From NCBI GenBank assembly GCA_044352155.1, contig JBILEK010000002.1, positions 26,735 through 90,734 on the forward strand: a DNA stretch of 64,000 nucleotides. The letters are read 5' to 3'. Shown piece by piece: positions 19,141 through 29,694 of this stretch (its first letter is position 1; every line of letters begins with the position of its first letter). Below the pieces are notes generated by a model. It made no database searches and was not told where the DNA came from. It saw only the letters and a list, made by a program, of their open reading frames with translations. Origin of the DNA: Bdellovibrionia bacterium (GTDB taxonomy: Bacteria > Bdellovibrionota > UBA1018 > JBILEK01). The translations under genes were made by a program, and so were the position numbers.

Positions 19141-19922
19141 TGATGATTCCTTCTTCTCTCGATCGCTGCGCCGAGACCCTTGATCAAGCCCTTCAAAACC
19201 AGCGCGAAATCGAGCGTCTAACAGCAGAGTTTCCGTCAATGACTCTGGATGAGGCCTACGCGATTCAAGCGCGCGGAATTGCACTCCGCCTCGCGCGTGG
19301 CGAGAAGATCGTGGGATACAAAATGGGGCTCACCTCACGCGCGAAGATGGAGCAGATGGGACTCCACACGCCAATTGCAGGGGTACTGACTGACGCAATG
19401 GAGGTGTACGGCGGAGTGTACGCACTCACGCGCGGTGTACATCCCAAGGTCGAGCCCGAGATTGCTTTTAAGATCGGACGCACGATTCGCGCTCCGCTTT
19501 CAGCCCAAGACGCACTCACGCACTGTACACACGTCGCTCCCGCACTTGAGATCTTGGACTCGCGCTTTAAGGGATTTAAGTACTTCTCTTTAAACGATGT
19601 TGTTGCCGATAACTGCTCCTCACATGCCTTTTCTTTGGGCGCCTGGGTCCCGCTCGGGCAAGCTCCGCGCGCGCGGGGATGCACAATTGAGCTTGAGGTA
19701 AACGGCATACTGCGCGAGCAAGGATGCGCAAGCGACGTACTCGGCGATCCCGCCGAGAGCCTCTCGCAGCTCACTCACATCCTTTACTCCTGGGGCGTGG
19801 AGCTATCGGCCGGCTCCATTGTGCTCACGGGCGCGATCACCGCGGCACCAAAGTTAGAGCGCGGGATGACTTTACGAGTGCGCGCAGATGGATTTCAGGA
19901 CCTCACTCTACGCTGCAGGTGA
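19128..19922 (+). CDS. 2-oxopent-4-enoate hydratase / 4-oxalocrotonate decarboxylase family protein
   Basis: MhpD/XylJ-family motifs (KIVGYKMGLTS); fits downstream steps of 2-aminomuconate pathway. Confidence 0.7.
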   Translation: MEHLMMIPSSLDRCAETLDQALQNQREIERLTAEFPSMTLDEAYAIQARGIALRLARGEKIVGYKMGLTSRAKMEQMGLHTPIAGVLTDAMEVYGGVYALTRGVHPKVEPEIAFKIGRTIRAPLSAQDALTHCTHVAPALEILDSRFKGFKYFSLNDVVADNCSSHAFSLGAWVPLGQAPRARGCTIELEVNGILREQGCASDVLGDPAESLSQLTHILYSWGVELSAGSIVLTGAITAAPKLERGMTLRVRADGFQDLTLRCR

Positions 19923-20073
19923 GCGCGACACGCTCGACTGCTCTCAAACCTCATTAAGTTCAAACACATAACGCAACTAATCATTTTTATGTTGTTTATT
20001 TAACAGTATAAACTTACATTAAGATTTGAGTGGTCCACCGATCGGGCCCACGTCACGCACATGGAGGTTCCGG

Positions 20074-20994
20074 ATGATGAAAACGCAGATCGCTTCGGGC
20101 TTAACCCTCACTCTTCTCGCTGGGATCCTCAGCGCCTGTAATGTCGAGAGCCTCAACGTCAGCACCGTCAGCACCAGCCAGGACGCGGTCCTCATTGAGC
20201 GCGCAGCAGATCCCAACTTGGCCGTTTGCAATCCGACCGGCGGCGGCTCAGGTCTTAGCAATGGTACGCGCTACGGCCTTCATGGAGAGCTAAAGTACAT
20301 CGCGCAAGGCACGCCCAATCCGAGCAATGTGGCCGGCTACTCTCTAAACGGAAGGCCTGTTGCAGCGGATGTTTTTTTTGATCGCGTCTTTGTTCCTACG
20401 CGCCCCTGGAACGCAGGGTTTCAAACTCTAAGCGGGCACACACTACAAAATGACCTCAATGATACGCTCTTTGAATACTTTTCACTTCATTTCGAGAGCA
20501 ACATCGTACTTTCAGACAGTGATCAGCCAGGGCTCTATCAATTTGCACTCCTCTCAGATGACGGCTCGATCCTACGGATCAAGCAGGGCGAGACCTGGCA
20601 GGACATCGTCAACGACGACGGAACTCACCCTTCTAAATTTGCGTGCGCCTCAAGCGCGATCGAAATGACCACAGCAAGCAAGATTCCGATGAAGCTCGAT
20701 TGGTACCAAGGCCCGCGCTACCATATTTCGCTCATTATGCTTTGGCGCAAAGTTGAGGCTGGGACAACCCTTGCCGACTCCGAGTGCGGAAGGATGGGGA
20801 ACTCACGCTACTTCAACTCCACTCAAAACCCCCCGATATCCCAAACCGCTTGGCACGGCTTGATGGATCGCGGCTGGAAACCGCTCAACTCACGAAACTT
20901 CATCCTTAACGAAAGTGCCCCCACAAACCCCTGCACGGACCCTAACGGCGGCGGATGCCAGGGTGCAGGCTGCATGGGAGGTTTTGGGGTCTAG
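20074..20994 (+). CDS. Lipoprotein with PA14-like domain
   Basis: Lipobox LLAGILSAC after ATG 20074 with GGAGG RBS; PA14-like segment (FALLSDDGSILRIKQGETW). Confidence 0.5.
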   Translation: MMKTQIASGLTLTLLAGILSACNVESLNVSTVSTSQDAVLIERAADPNLAVCNPTGGGSGLSNGTRYGLHGELKYIAQGTPNPSNVAGYSLNGRPVAADVFFDRVFVPTRPWNAGFQTLSGHTLQNDLNDTLFEYFSLHFESNIVLSDSDQPGLYQFALLSDDGSILRIKQGETWQDIVNDDGTHPSKFACASSAIEMTTASKIPMKLDWYQGPRYHISLIMLWRKVEAGTTLADSECGRMGNSRYFNSTQNPPISQTAWHGLMDRGWKPLNSRNFILNESAPTNPCTDPNGGGCQGAGCMGGFGV

Positions 20995-20998
20995 ACCC

Positions 20999-21007
20999 GG
21001 GGGGGGG
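20999..21007. repeat. Homopolymeric G9 tract in intergenic region between lipoprotein gene and RND pump
   Basis: cccgggggggggcct directly after stop codon at 20994. Confidence 0.8.
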
Positions 21008-21221
21008 CCTGCACACGCAAAGGGGCCAGTTTTTAATCCGAGCACTCCGACGCCCGGGATCTCCTTCAGTCTGCGCTGCGGTGCATAAATCCTTTTGGAG
21101 TGCTTACGGAACACTCTGATCCAAACTCCGATCTTGGCGCATCATGACTCGGTGTTCTGTGACTCTCTCATTTCAGTACGGATTTCCGCGGCTTTCCTGT
21201 CTATGATGGGGCGCTCACTCC

Positions 21222-24200
21222 ATGGACCAACTCTTCGGATTCTTTGTCCGCAACTGGCGATTCTCTGCTGTGCTCACCCTCATGACCTTGCTCGCAGGGG
21301 TGCTTGGGTCAGGGCTTCTGAGGCGCGAAGCTTTTCCGCCCGTCAACTTCGCTCAAGTCCTCGTCCTCACTATCTACCCCGGAGCGTCTCCCGAAGAAGT
21401 TCAAGACAAGATCACAAAACCCATCGAAGACGAGATCCGCGGCATCAGCGGCATCAAGGACGTCCGCTCGACTTCTCAAAACGAGCGCAGCGAGATTAAT
21501 ATCCGCATCGACATCGATGGCGCAAACTCCGATCAAGTCGTCACCGAGATCCAGCGCGGTGTGCAGCGCGCGGCCTCAAAGCTTCCGGCCGGAATCCCGG
21601 ATGCACCTTTGGTGACGGAGTTAAAAGCCGATGAGATCCCAGTCCTTGAAGTCGCAATTCTAGGCCCAAACCAAAATCGGGAGCGCGATCTCCTTGCAGA
21701 AGATCTCAAAGAAATTCTTGAGGATAACGCGGGAGTGGCGAGCGTCAGGTTTTCTGGACATCGCAGGCGAGAACTCCAGATCTTGCTTGATCCAGAACGG
21801 TTGCGGCGCACTCAGGTGGGCATCGCAGAAGTTACGCAAGCCGTCTCCTCGCGCTTGAAAGATGTACCTGCGGGGTTTCTACGTACCGACTCGACCCTCA
21901 AGCTCGTACGTGTTGTGGGCAAAATCACTGACGCCGAGACGCTCGGCAATGTCGTCGTGCGCGCCAACGAAGCTCAATCGGTTCGCGTCCGTGATGTCGC
22001 TCGCATCGTCGATGCGTCTGAGCCTGCGAGCGTGCTTGCGCGGGCGAACGGAGTTGAAGCCACACTGCTCATCACGACCAAAAAAGCTCAGGCCGATGGT
22101 CTTACGATGATCGGAGATCTGCGCTCGCGCGTGCGAGAGTTTGAGAAAAAACTTCCAGAAACCCATCGTCTGGTCATCTACAACGATGAAGGACGCCGGA
22201 TCCAGACCCGCCTTGAGATCGTCTCGTTTAACGCATTTGCAGGTCTTGCTGTCGTGCTCCTGGTGCTCTTTATGTTCTTGCCAGGTAAGATCGGCGTCGC
22301 GAGTGCCATGAGCCTCCCACTGTGCACTCTCGCAACGCTGACTTTGATGGTCGCGATTGGCGCTAACTTCAACATCATCACGATGATGGCGCTGATCATC
22401 TGCCTCGGGAACTTAGTCGATAACTCCATCGTCATCTCAGAGCACTACACGCGGCTTCGCGAAGAAGGACTTGACGGGCGAGAGGCCGCCATCCGCTCAG
22501 CACGCCAATTTTGGGTACCCTTTACAGCATCGACCGTCACGATTATCGCAGCGTTTCTCCCTATGCTTGTGACCAAAGGAGTGATGGGGCAGTTCATCCG
22601 CTGGATTCCGATCGTGGTGACGATCGCACTCATGATGAGCCTGGTTGAGGCGCTAACGCTCTTGCCAGCTCGACTTCAGTTTCTCAATCCAAAACCTAAA
22701 TCCATCGACGCAAAGCCTGATCGCTTTAAGAGAATCGAGGCTGCGTGGGGCAAATTCATCGCAGTGACTTTACGTCGCAAATACCTCACTCTTGCGACGC
22801 TCATTGCAGTAGTGCTCTCAGGATTTTTAGTCACTGCAGTATTCAATCGCTTTGAGCTTTTTCCATCCGAGGGCGATGAGTATTATCTCATCCGCTACGA
22901 CCTCAAACGCGATGCCCCTATCGAAGCGACGGATCGAATCGGAGCCTGGATCTCTGAACAGGTCACCGACAAGCTTGGAACGGATACTGTGCTTGCTGTC
23001 ATCAATCGTGCAGGAGCTCAGCAGGTCGACGGTGGCGATCCTCTCTCGAAAACCGGCGAGCACGTTGGACTCACGATCATTGCCGTGCGGCCCGAAGTTG
23101 CGCCTTCCCTATCGATTCCAAAGACGCTTGAGACTCTGCGGAAGATCCCTAAACACCCTGAGTTAGAAAAGTTTTCGGTTGAGACGCTCCCTGCCGGCCC
23201 TCCCGTTGGAAAACCACTGACCGTGACATTTCGCTCTTCAAACTATCCAGAACTGAAGACCATGGCCTCAGAAATGCTTGAAGCGGTGAAGGCCGTACCC
23301 GGCGTACTCGCTCCTGAGCTTGATGAGCAAAATCAAGGTGACGAGTACCGATTTGAACCCTCCGACAACACGATCGCATCTGCGGGACTGGGGCTTGAGA
23401 CCTTAGGACTGAATCTCCGCACCGCGCTTGAAGGATTTGTCGTCACCGAGCTCACTGAGAACCGACGTGACTTTGAAGTGCTCATTCGCTTTGATGATCA
23501 AAGCCGCACTCATGTCGATGACCTCAATAGCGCAAAAGTCCTCAACAACCAAAACAACATCGTCGCACTGGGTGCCTTAGGTCGTTTTAAAGAGTCTCAA
23601 AGCCCCGTAATCCAGAGAAACTTTCAGTTCAAACGATCCATCACGCTCACCTCTGAGGTGGACGTTGCGAAAATCACCTCAAGTGAGCTAAACGTCTTTG
23701 CTCGTAAAAAGTTCGCAGAACTCCAGAGCAAATACCCCAGCGTCTCTCTGTCATTTGGGGGCGAAGAGGAGAGCACAAACGAGTCACTCGCCTCACTGGG
23801 AGTGGCCCTGATCCTTGCGGTGCTTGGCATTTTTGCAACCCTAGTGTTTACGTTTGGGAGTTTTTCCTCTCCACTTTTAGTTCTCTCCACGATCCCATTG
23901 GGACTTGTTGGAGTTTTCTACGCGTTCGTTTTTGATCAAAGACCTCTGAGCTTTCTTGCGTTCATTGGAGTTGTAGGCCTCACCGGGGTTGTAATCAACT
24001 CCGCCATCATTCTGGTCGACTACATTCAAGAGCTTTTGAAAAAAGCGGGACCGAACGCTGATTTTGACTCTATTTTGGTTAAAGCGAGCACTGATCGGCT
24101 GCGTGCCGTTTTGGCCACAGGGCTTACGACAGTTGTAGGGCTTGTTCCGACTGCGTTTGGCCTTGGTGGATACGATCCCATTTTAGTGCCCATGACGCTC

Positions 24201-24317
24201 GCTCTTCAGTGGGGCATGATTGTGGGCACGGTTCTTTCGTTGATCTGGATCCCTTCGGGATACTCAGTCCTCTTTGGACTACGCCGCAAGCTCATGCATC
24301 GGCTCGGGAGGGCCTAG
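21222..24317 (+). CDS. RND-family efflux transporter permease (AcrB/HAE1-like), no adjacent MFP/OMF
   Basis: 1031 aa, 12-TM AcrB architecture and conserved motifs. Confidence 0.85.
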   Translation: MDQLFGFFVRNWRFSAVLTLMTLLAGVLGSGLLRREAFPPVNFAQVLVLTIYPGASPEEVQDKITKPIEDEIRGISGIKDVRSTSQNERSEINIRIDIDGANSDQVVTEIQRGVQRAASKLPAGIPDAPLVTELKADEIPVLEVAILGPNQNRERDLLAEDLKEILEDNAGVASVRFSGHRRRELQILLDPERLRRTQVGIAEVTQAVSSRLKDVPAGFLRTDSTLKLVRVVGKITDAETLGNVVVRANEAQSVRVRDVARIVDASEPASVLARANGVEATLLITTKKAQADGLTMIGDLRSRVREFEKKLPETHRLVIYNDEGRRIQTRLEIVSFNAFAGLAVVLLVLFMFLPGKIGVASAMSLPLCTLATLTLMVAIGANFNIITMMALIICLGNLVDNSIVISEHYTRLREEGLDGREAAIRSARQFWVPFTASTVTIIAAFLPMLVTKGVMGQFIRWIPIVVTIALMMSLVEALTLLPARLQFLNPKPKSIDAKPDRFKRIEAAWGKFIAVTLRRKYLTLATLIAVVLSGFLVTAVFNRFELFPSEGDEYYLIRYDLKRDAPIEATDRIGAWISEQVTDKLGTDTVLAVINRAGAQQVDGGDPLSKTGEHVGLTIIAVRPEVAPSLSIPKTLETLRKIPKHPELEKFSVETLPAGPPVGKPLTVTFRSSNYPELKTMASEMLEAVKAVPGVLAPELDEQNQGDEYRFEPSDNTIASAGLGLETLGLNLRTALEGFVVTELTENRRDFEVLIRFDDQSRTHVDDLNSAKVLNNQNNIVALGALGRFKESQSPVIQRNFQFKRSITLTSEVDVAKITSSELNVFARKKFAELQSKYPSVSLSFGGEEESTNESLASLGVALILAVLGIFATLVFTFGSFSSPLLVLSTIPLGLVGVFYAFVFDQRPLSFLAFIGVVGLTGVVINSAIILVDYIQELLKKAGPNADFDSILVKASTDRLRAVLATGLTTVVGLVPTAFGLGGYDPILVPMTLALQWGMIVGTVLSLIWIPSGYSVLFGLRRKLMHRLGRA

Positions 24318-24326
24318 CTCAGATTT

Positions 24327-25379
24327 ATGGAAGAAGTGATCATTGTCTCATTGTGTTTGGCATTGAATGCTATTTTTGCAGCTTACGAGATGGCATTTGT
24401 TTCTGTGCACAAACCCGAGCTTCGTGCGCTCGCTCGCAAAGGCCACAAAGATGCACAAGCACTCTTACGTCTTCGCGATAACCCTGAGCGCACGCTCTCG
24501 GTCTTACAGATCGGGATCACTCTGGTCGGCGCAGTCGCCGCTGCGGTGGGCGGCGCAGGCGCCACGGATGCGCTCGAGCCCTACTTCGCCTCCCGCTTTG
24601 GGATGAATGAGTTCATCGCTGAGACTTTGGCTGTGGTGATTATTGTTTTACCCATCACTTACTTGAGCGTTGTCGTAGGCGAGCTCGTCCCTAAAACCCT
24701 TGCTCTGCGCAGCCCTATGCGAATCGTACTTGCAGGAGCAAAGTGGATTTTCATCGCAGACCGCGTTCTCTCGCCGCTCGTTCGGATCCTTGAAAAATCT
24801 ACGCACTGGATTCTGAAATCTTTTTTTAAGGACTCAAAGTCACAACCCTCCAATGCTCCTCAAGGTACGCTTGAGATCGACTCTTTTTCGCCCGTGCACC
24901 AGAGCTTTATTCTCAACATGGCGGACATCGAGAACAAAAAAATCAGAGATATTTTTGTTCCCTGGTCTCAGGCTTTTTCGGTGCGAAACACCGATCCAAT
25001 CGAAGAAGTGCTACAAGTCGTTCTAAACTCCGGCCACACACGTCTGCCTGTCGTCCAAGACTCGCATGTCATTGGAGTACTCCACACAAAGGAGTTTATG
25101 GCACTCAAAGAGTCCGGTGAGCGGAGCTGGTCGTCAATCATTCGTCCGATTTTGAGCGTGCGTTCGCTGGATTCTGCACTCGGTGTGATGCGCATGATGC
25201 AAGAGCGCCGCAGTCACATGGCACTTGTGGTTTCCACCGAGAATCAATGCGAAGGTATCGTTACACTGGAGGACATTCTCGAAGAAGTTGTCGGCGAAAT
25301 TCGTGATGAGGACGATGACGGAAAGATTCGAAAAGTCTTTGCGGCTCGCGCAAAGGCACGTCCGAAGTCATCGCTCTGA
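24327..25379 (+). CDS. CNNM/DUF21 + CBS-pair domain membrane protein (TlyC/CorC family)
   Basis: DUF21 TM region followed by CBS pair; 10 bp after RND stop. Confidence 0.75.
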   Translation: MEEVIIVSLCLALNAIFAAYEMAFVSVHKPELRALARKGHKDAQALLRLRDNPERTLSVLQIGITLVGAVAAAVGGAGATDALEPYFASRFGMNEFIAETLAVVIIVLPITYLSVVVGELVPKTLALRSPMRIVLAGAKWIFIADRVLSPLVRILEKSTHWILKSFFKDSKSQPSNAPQGTLEIDSFSPVHQSFILNMADIENKKIRDIFVPWSQAFSVRNTDPIEEVLQVVLNSGHTRLPVVQDSHVIGVLHTKEFMALKESGERSWSSIIRPILSVRSLDSALGVMRMMQERRSHMALVVSTENQCEGIVTLEDILEEVVGEIRDEDDDGKIRKVFAARAKARPKSSL

Positions 25380-25550
25380 GTTTTTAAACTGGACCCCATG
25401 CGTGTGCATGGATTCTGAGATTGGCTTGTCTCATTAAGGACTTACCCCTCTCCAACCCAGGATCTGTCAGATGCTTGGCAAGATCTCTAATAAGTTCAAT
25501 CACTAAAGTCATCGCCATGCACACGCAAGAGGGCCAGTTTGCACAACTCC

Positions 25551-27638
25551 CTACTCCGCCGATGCCAACAGAGCAAACGGCTGCTTACCGCTGATACCCT
25601 GTGGAACGTTCACCCCTCGCACGACAACTTGATAGTCGCCAGCTGCAAGGCCCTTAAGCTCTAGCATCTCCGTATTGTTGATTCGGTCTTTGCTCTCGGC
25701 AACGACTGCGTTCGCCGCATCCATCACGACGAGATCAAGATCGTTTACCAGCGCCCGAGCAGCGTTTGCCGCACCCGGAGCGTCCATGTAGGTAAGCGTT
25801 GCGCGCAGAGCACCCGAGGCGCCGACCTTCACGCGGTACTTAAACTCTCCCCGCAAAGCAACGCCCGAGCGTTCGTCAATCACTAGCGTCTGATCAAGCG
25901 AAGTCGCCGCATCCATATCCACACGACCAAAACCTTCGTGCACGTTAGGTCTTACTTTAGGAAGCTCCGCCTTAGGTCCGCTTCCGTACTGCCCTGGGTA
26001 CATATCCTTTGCAGTATGAATGAGCGCCGCTTTCACAAGCGCGCCCGTTGGCTTTGCAATCTTAAGACCCTCAACAAGATACTGACGCAAAACTAGTGCT
26101 GCTCCAGCCGTAAGCGGAGTTGCCATTGAGGTTCCGCCCGCATAGCAGTACTCCGAGCCAAACTCGCCCCAGAGCTTTGAGGCTTTCGGGTGCTTGGACA
26201 CGGTACTTACGATGTTCGTACCTGGGGCAACGATTTCAGGCTTTAAGCGTCCATCGGTCGTTGGCCCGCGCGAAGAGAACGCAGCCAAACCATCCGCGTT
26301 GTTCGAAAGCGTATCCGATGCAATCGGCTCCACTCCCCACTTCTTCACACCATCCCTTAACTCTGCGTGCTTCTTTTGAATCCCACCTACTGCAAGCGTA
26401 TTTTCTGAAGCGCCGACGGTGAGCACGTTCTTAGCGGTACCCGGGGTGCCGATTGAGTTGTCATCAATGCGTCCGTCTTTGTTGAGGTCTTGACCGCTGT
26501 TTCCGGCCGCAAAGAGCACAAGCATCTCTGGGTTTTTGAAGAGAAAATCATCCGCCTTCACGGCCATCGCATCATAGGCGCCTAAGTTCGCAGCCGCTCC
26601 CCAAGAGTTCGAGTGCACCATGGCGCCATCCCGATGAGGCCAGCCAAAAAGTTTAGTAAAATCCTGATCGAACATGAGGTTGTTCATGATCGGACTCCAA
26701 AGTCCGACCGGAACGAGCTGCGCTTCGAACGCACTTCCTTTGATCAATCCGCCTGAGAGCGCTCCTGACGCAATAATGGAGCCCGCGACATGGGTGCCGT
26801 GGCCTTGAGGATCATCCCAGGTTGTGGATCCTAAACCCACTGTATAGCCCTTGATCACACCTTTGAGATCCGTGTGAATCGAGGAGATGTCTCCTGAGGA
26901 GACGCCAGTATCTCCGATCGAGCCGATCTGCCCTTTTCCAGTAAATCCACGCTCCCAGGCAGCATCCATGTTCATGATTTTCGTGCCTGACTCAAAGCCA
27001 GTACGCGAAGGGAGATCGCCTTTCATTGACATTGGCATCGGCTCGCCGAGCACAAGCTCGTAGGTCTCAAGTCTTGGCAGATCCTGGATCCAAAGCACTT
27101 CATCCTGAGCTGCAAGAGTGAAGAGACCTTGCGCACTCGCGCGCGCAACCAGCGTACGATCTGAGCCCGACAGAATCTCCACTCCAGCGATCGCACGATT
27201 CTGAATTTGAGAAAGCGCCGTCTCGTCCGTCAGGCGCACCAGAAGCTCGCGAGAGCGAAGAGTTTTTTGTGCAAGCTCGGGAGCAAGCTTCCACTCAGCG
27301 CGAAACTCTGTCACCGCGCGAAGCGAAGGCAGAGTCGCCGCGAGACGCTCTAGAGAGCCCACATCTCCTCGCACCACAAGTGCATCATCCGGAAGATAGT
27401 CAGAAACCTGAAGTCCCTCTGCCTCTAGCGCGCTACGATCTTCGGGGCGAATCCGCTCTAAGAACTGCACCACAAACGTGCCTTGGCCGCGCGCGCTCTT
27501 CAGACTTAAAGCGCTCGACGTGGAAAGCTTGACGTCCCCCTGAGTCAGTCTCAGCGTGTCGCCCGCGAAAGCAGCCGGCGCGAAAGCCAGCAGCGCTACG
27601 ATAAAAATCCCTTTATGCGTGATCTTGGATTCCATCAT
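25551..27638 (-). CDS. Secreted subtilisin-like serine protease (S8) with C-terminal extension
   Basis: Signal peptide from ATG 27638 (MMESKITHKGIFIVALLAFAPAAFA), subtilase Asp/His/Ser regions (HGTHVAGSI, GTSMATP). Confidence 0.85.
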   Translation of the reverse strand: MMESKITHKGIFIVALLAFAPAAFAGDTLRLTQGDVKLSTSSALSLKSARGQGTFVVQFLERIRPEDRSALEAEGLQVSDYLPDDALVVRGDVGSLERLAATLPSLRAVTEFRAEWKLAPELAQKTLRSRELLVRLTDETALSQIQNRAIAGVEILSGSDRTLVARASAQGLFTLAAQDEVLWIQDLPRLETYELVLGEPMPMSMKGDLPSRTGFESGTKIMNMDAAWERGFTGKGQIGSIGDTGVSSGDISSIHTDLKGVIKGYTVGLGSTTWDDPQGHGTHVAGSIIASGALSGGLIKGSAFEAQLVPVGLWSPIMNNLMFDQDFTKLFGWPHRDGAMVHSNSWGAAANLGAYDAMAVKADDFLFKNPEMLVLFAAGNSGQDLNKDGRIDDNSIGTPGTAKNVLTVGASENTLAVGGIQKKHAELRDGVKKWGVEPIASDTLSNNADGLAAFSSRGPTTDGRLKPEIVAPGTNIVSTVSKHPKASKLWGEFGSEYCYAGGTSMATPLTAGAALVLRQYLVEGLKIAKPTGALVKAALIHTAKDMYPGQYGSGPKAELPKVRPNVHEGFGRVDMDAATSLDQTLVIDERSGVALRGEFKYRVKVGASGALRATLTYMDAPGAANAARALVNDLDLVVMDAANAVVAESKDRINNTEMLELKGLAAGDYQVVVRGVNVPQGISGKQPFALLASAE

Positions 27639-27741
27639 TGAATCCCCCCTTGATTGTTCCGAACATTGAACCTGAGAATAGAAGAAAGAAAAAGACGGTC
27701 TGTCATTTTTTTGGTGACATCCGCTCAAGGAGATTAGCGCT

Positions 27742-28167
27742 ATGCAACATTTTCTGATCCTCGCTGTCGTTCTGAGTTCCAACGCCATGGCCGGAGTCCA
27801 AGGACAATGGATAGGAAACGGCTCACTCTCCACTCTTGAGGGTGCAAGCGCGCAATGCAGTCAAATGAACGTTCAAATCGAAGCAAGCTCTAAAAAACTT
27901 GCCCTCTCCCACGGCTCATTCGTGTGCGAGGGAAACGCTCTAGAGTGGAATCCCATGAGCTTTGAAGTGCGTGGCACTACTCTTTGGCGCGAAGGTCTCC
28001 AAGTGGGCTCTCACTTCGGGAACTCTCTCACGCTCTCCTTTCCGATGGACTCAAGCACGTGGATCGAAGTCAACGCTACGCGCGAAAATGATCGCCTCAC
28101 TTGGAGTCTTAAGCAGCGCGACTCAAGCTCTCAAACCCTCTTTCAGGCTCAACTCCAAAAGCGATAA
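27742..28167 (+). CDS. Secreted hypothetical protein
   Basis: Signal peptide; no domain. Confidence 0.5.
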   Translation: MQHFLILAVVLSSNAMAGVQGQWIGNGSLSTLEGASAQCSQMNVQIEASSKKLALSHGSFVCEGNALEWNPMSFEVRGTTLWREGLQVGSHFGNSLTLSFPMDSSTWIEVNATRENDRLTWSLKQRDSSSQTLFQAQLQKR

Positions 28168-28170
28168 AGC

Positions 28171-29007
28171 ATGGCCAAGCAGTTCGAACTCCCTCTGCCT
28201 CGCCAACCTGAGCCCGACCGCAATGCTGCGATGGGAGGAAAGTCGTTCTACTTTTTTGATCTCGACGATAACGTTTTTCATCTCCCAACAACGATTTCGA
28301 TTTTCCACAAACAAACGGGCGTAGAGCTTGAGCTCTCGACCGCAGAGTACGCCCTCCACCACTCTGATATTGGAAAGTTCGGACGCTACGGCGAATACCA
28401 AACTCAGTTTGATGGGCCCCACGGGAGCTACCGTAAGTTTCGCGATCATCCTGGCATCAACCATTTCGAAGCAGATCTCCTGCACGCGATTTCAGAAGCT
28501 GAATTCAAATGGAAAGGGCCTTCATGGAACTTCTTTCTACACGCCGTATTTAATGGTCGTGCGCTCTCCCTCATCACCGCGCGCGGGCATCATCCCGACA
28601 CGCTCGAAAAAGGGCTCCAAAGGCTCATTGAAGCCGGTCATCTTGTCGGCACGCCCAATTACTTGGGCATCTTTCCGGTGAGTCATCCTGAGACGCGAAA
28701 AGCTCTCGGCGATAAAAAAGAGAAGTGGGGCGTCCCTGAGCTCAAGCATGCTGCCATCGTGCGCTCAGTGCAAATTGCGATGCAAAAGTACGGCGAGAAC
28801 CCACACCATCGCTTTGGGATGTCGGATGACGATCCTCGCAATATCGAACTCATCATCGACGCCATGCGCGTTTTAAAGCGCAAGTACCCCAAGAACTCCT
28901 TTTTTGTGATCGACTCCAAGCGCACACCGATCGAGAAGGAGGAAGTCTTTCTCGATCACACCGAACGTGCGCCCGTCTCCGACGCAGATCAGCTCACGCT
29001 GATTTGA
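28171..29007 (+). CDS. HAD-superfamily-like hydrolase (tentative)
   Basis: Candidate HAD motifs FFDLDDNV (I), ITARG (II), GMSDDD (IV). Confidence 0.4.
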   Translation: MAKQFELPLPRQPEPDRNAAMGGKSFYFFDLDDNVFHLPTTISIFHKQTGVELELSTAEYALHHSDIGKFGRYGEYQTQFDGPHGSYRKFRDHPGINHFEADLLHAISEAEFKWKGPSWNFFLHAVFNGRALSLITARGHHPDTLEKGLQRLIEAGHLVGTPNYLGIFPVSHPETRKALGDKKEKWGVPELKHAAIVRSVQIAMQKYGENPHHRFGMSDDDPRNIELIIDAMRVLKRKYPKNSFFVIDSKRTPIEKEEVFLDHTERAPVSDADQLTLI

Positions 29008-29055
29008 CAGGCTCTGGCGCACCCCGTACTCCTTAAGACCATAGGAGTTCAAAGT

Positions 29056-29679
29056 ATGAGATTAATCTCTTTAGTCATCGTGACTGTACTCTTCTCGCTC
29101 TCTGCTCTCGCAAATCCCGTCCTCAAAGACGAGATCAAGCGTACCGCCAATACGATCTACTATCTGATTGATAGCTCCGTGGCACCTGAAAGCGCGCTCC
29201 AGCATGCACGCCAAAAGCTCGTAGAAGCACTCCAGCTGATTCAATCTACTGGCCCAGGCCACGATTTCCAAAAATGCTTTGATCTCGTCTACCGCGGCTA
29301 CTACCGCTCGCTCGAGAGCGCCGAATCCACTTCTCGCGCGCACGCAGCGTGTAAGACTTACAAAGATCTTGAAGTGCTCGCGCGACTGGACGAGTACGCG
29401 TATCGAAGCTTAGGAGGCGCTGACTCGATGGACCTTGCGGTCCGCTATTCCGGCATGAGCGCTCAGGGCAAGGCCAGGATCGTAGATTATGTCGCAGACA
29501 AGTACTACCAAAGCCTCGATGGCGCAGACACCGCCCAGCGGACCGGCGCTGCATTGCCTCGTCTGGCGGTCGAATCCCTCTCTTGCCTACAAACCCTCTA
29601 CCCAAAGTACGGCCAAAGCATGAGCTCGGAGGACGCGATGGACGCCTCAATCCGGGATTGCGGTACCAAGCAGCGTTAA
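29056..29679 (+). CDS. Secreted hypothetical protein
   Basis: AGGAG RBS, signal peptide MRLISLVIVTVLFSLSALA. Confidence 0.5.
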   Translation: MRLISLVIVTVLFSLSALANPVLKDEIKRTANTIYYLIDSSVAPESALQHARQKLVEALQLIQSTGPGHDFQKCFDLVYRGYYRSLESAESTSRAHAACKTYKDLEVLARLDEYAYRSLGGADSMDLAVRYSGMSAQGKARIVDYVADKYYQSLDGADTAQRTGAALPRLAVESLSCLQTLYPKYGQSMSSEDAMDASIRDCGTKQR

Positions 29680-29694
29680 GTTAAACGCTAGTGC

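Noticed and set aside
21020-21040. Short GGGCCAGTTT matches at 21024-21034 and 25528-25538, and AGCCAGTTTTT at 42108-42118, resembling the 3' half of the motif
   Set aside because: They are only 9-10 nt long and their upstream halves are unrelated. This is compatible with chance.
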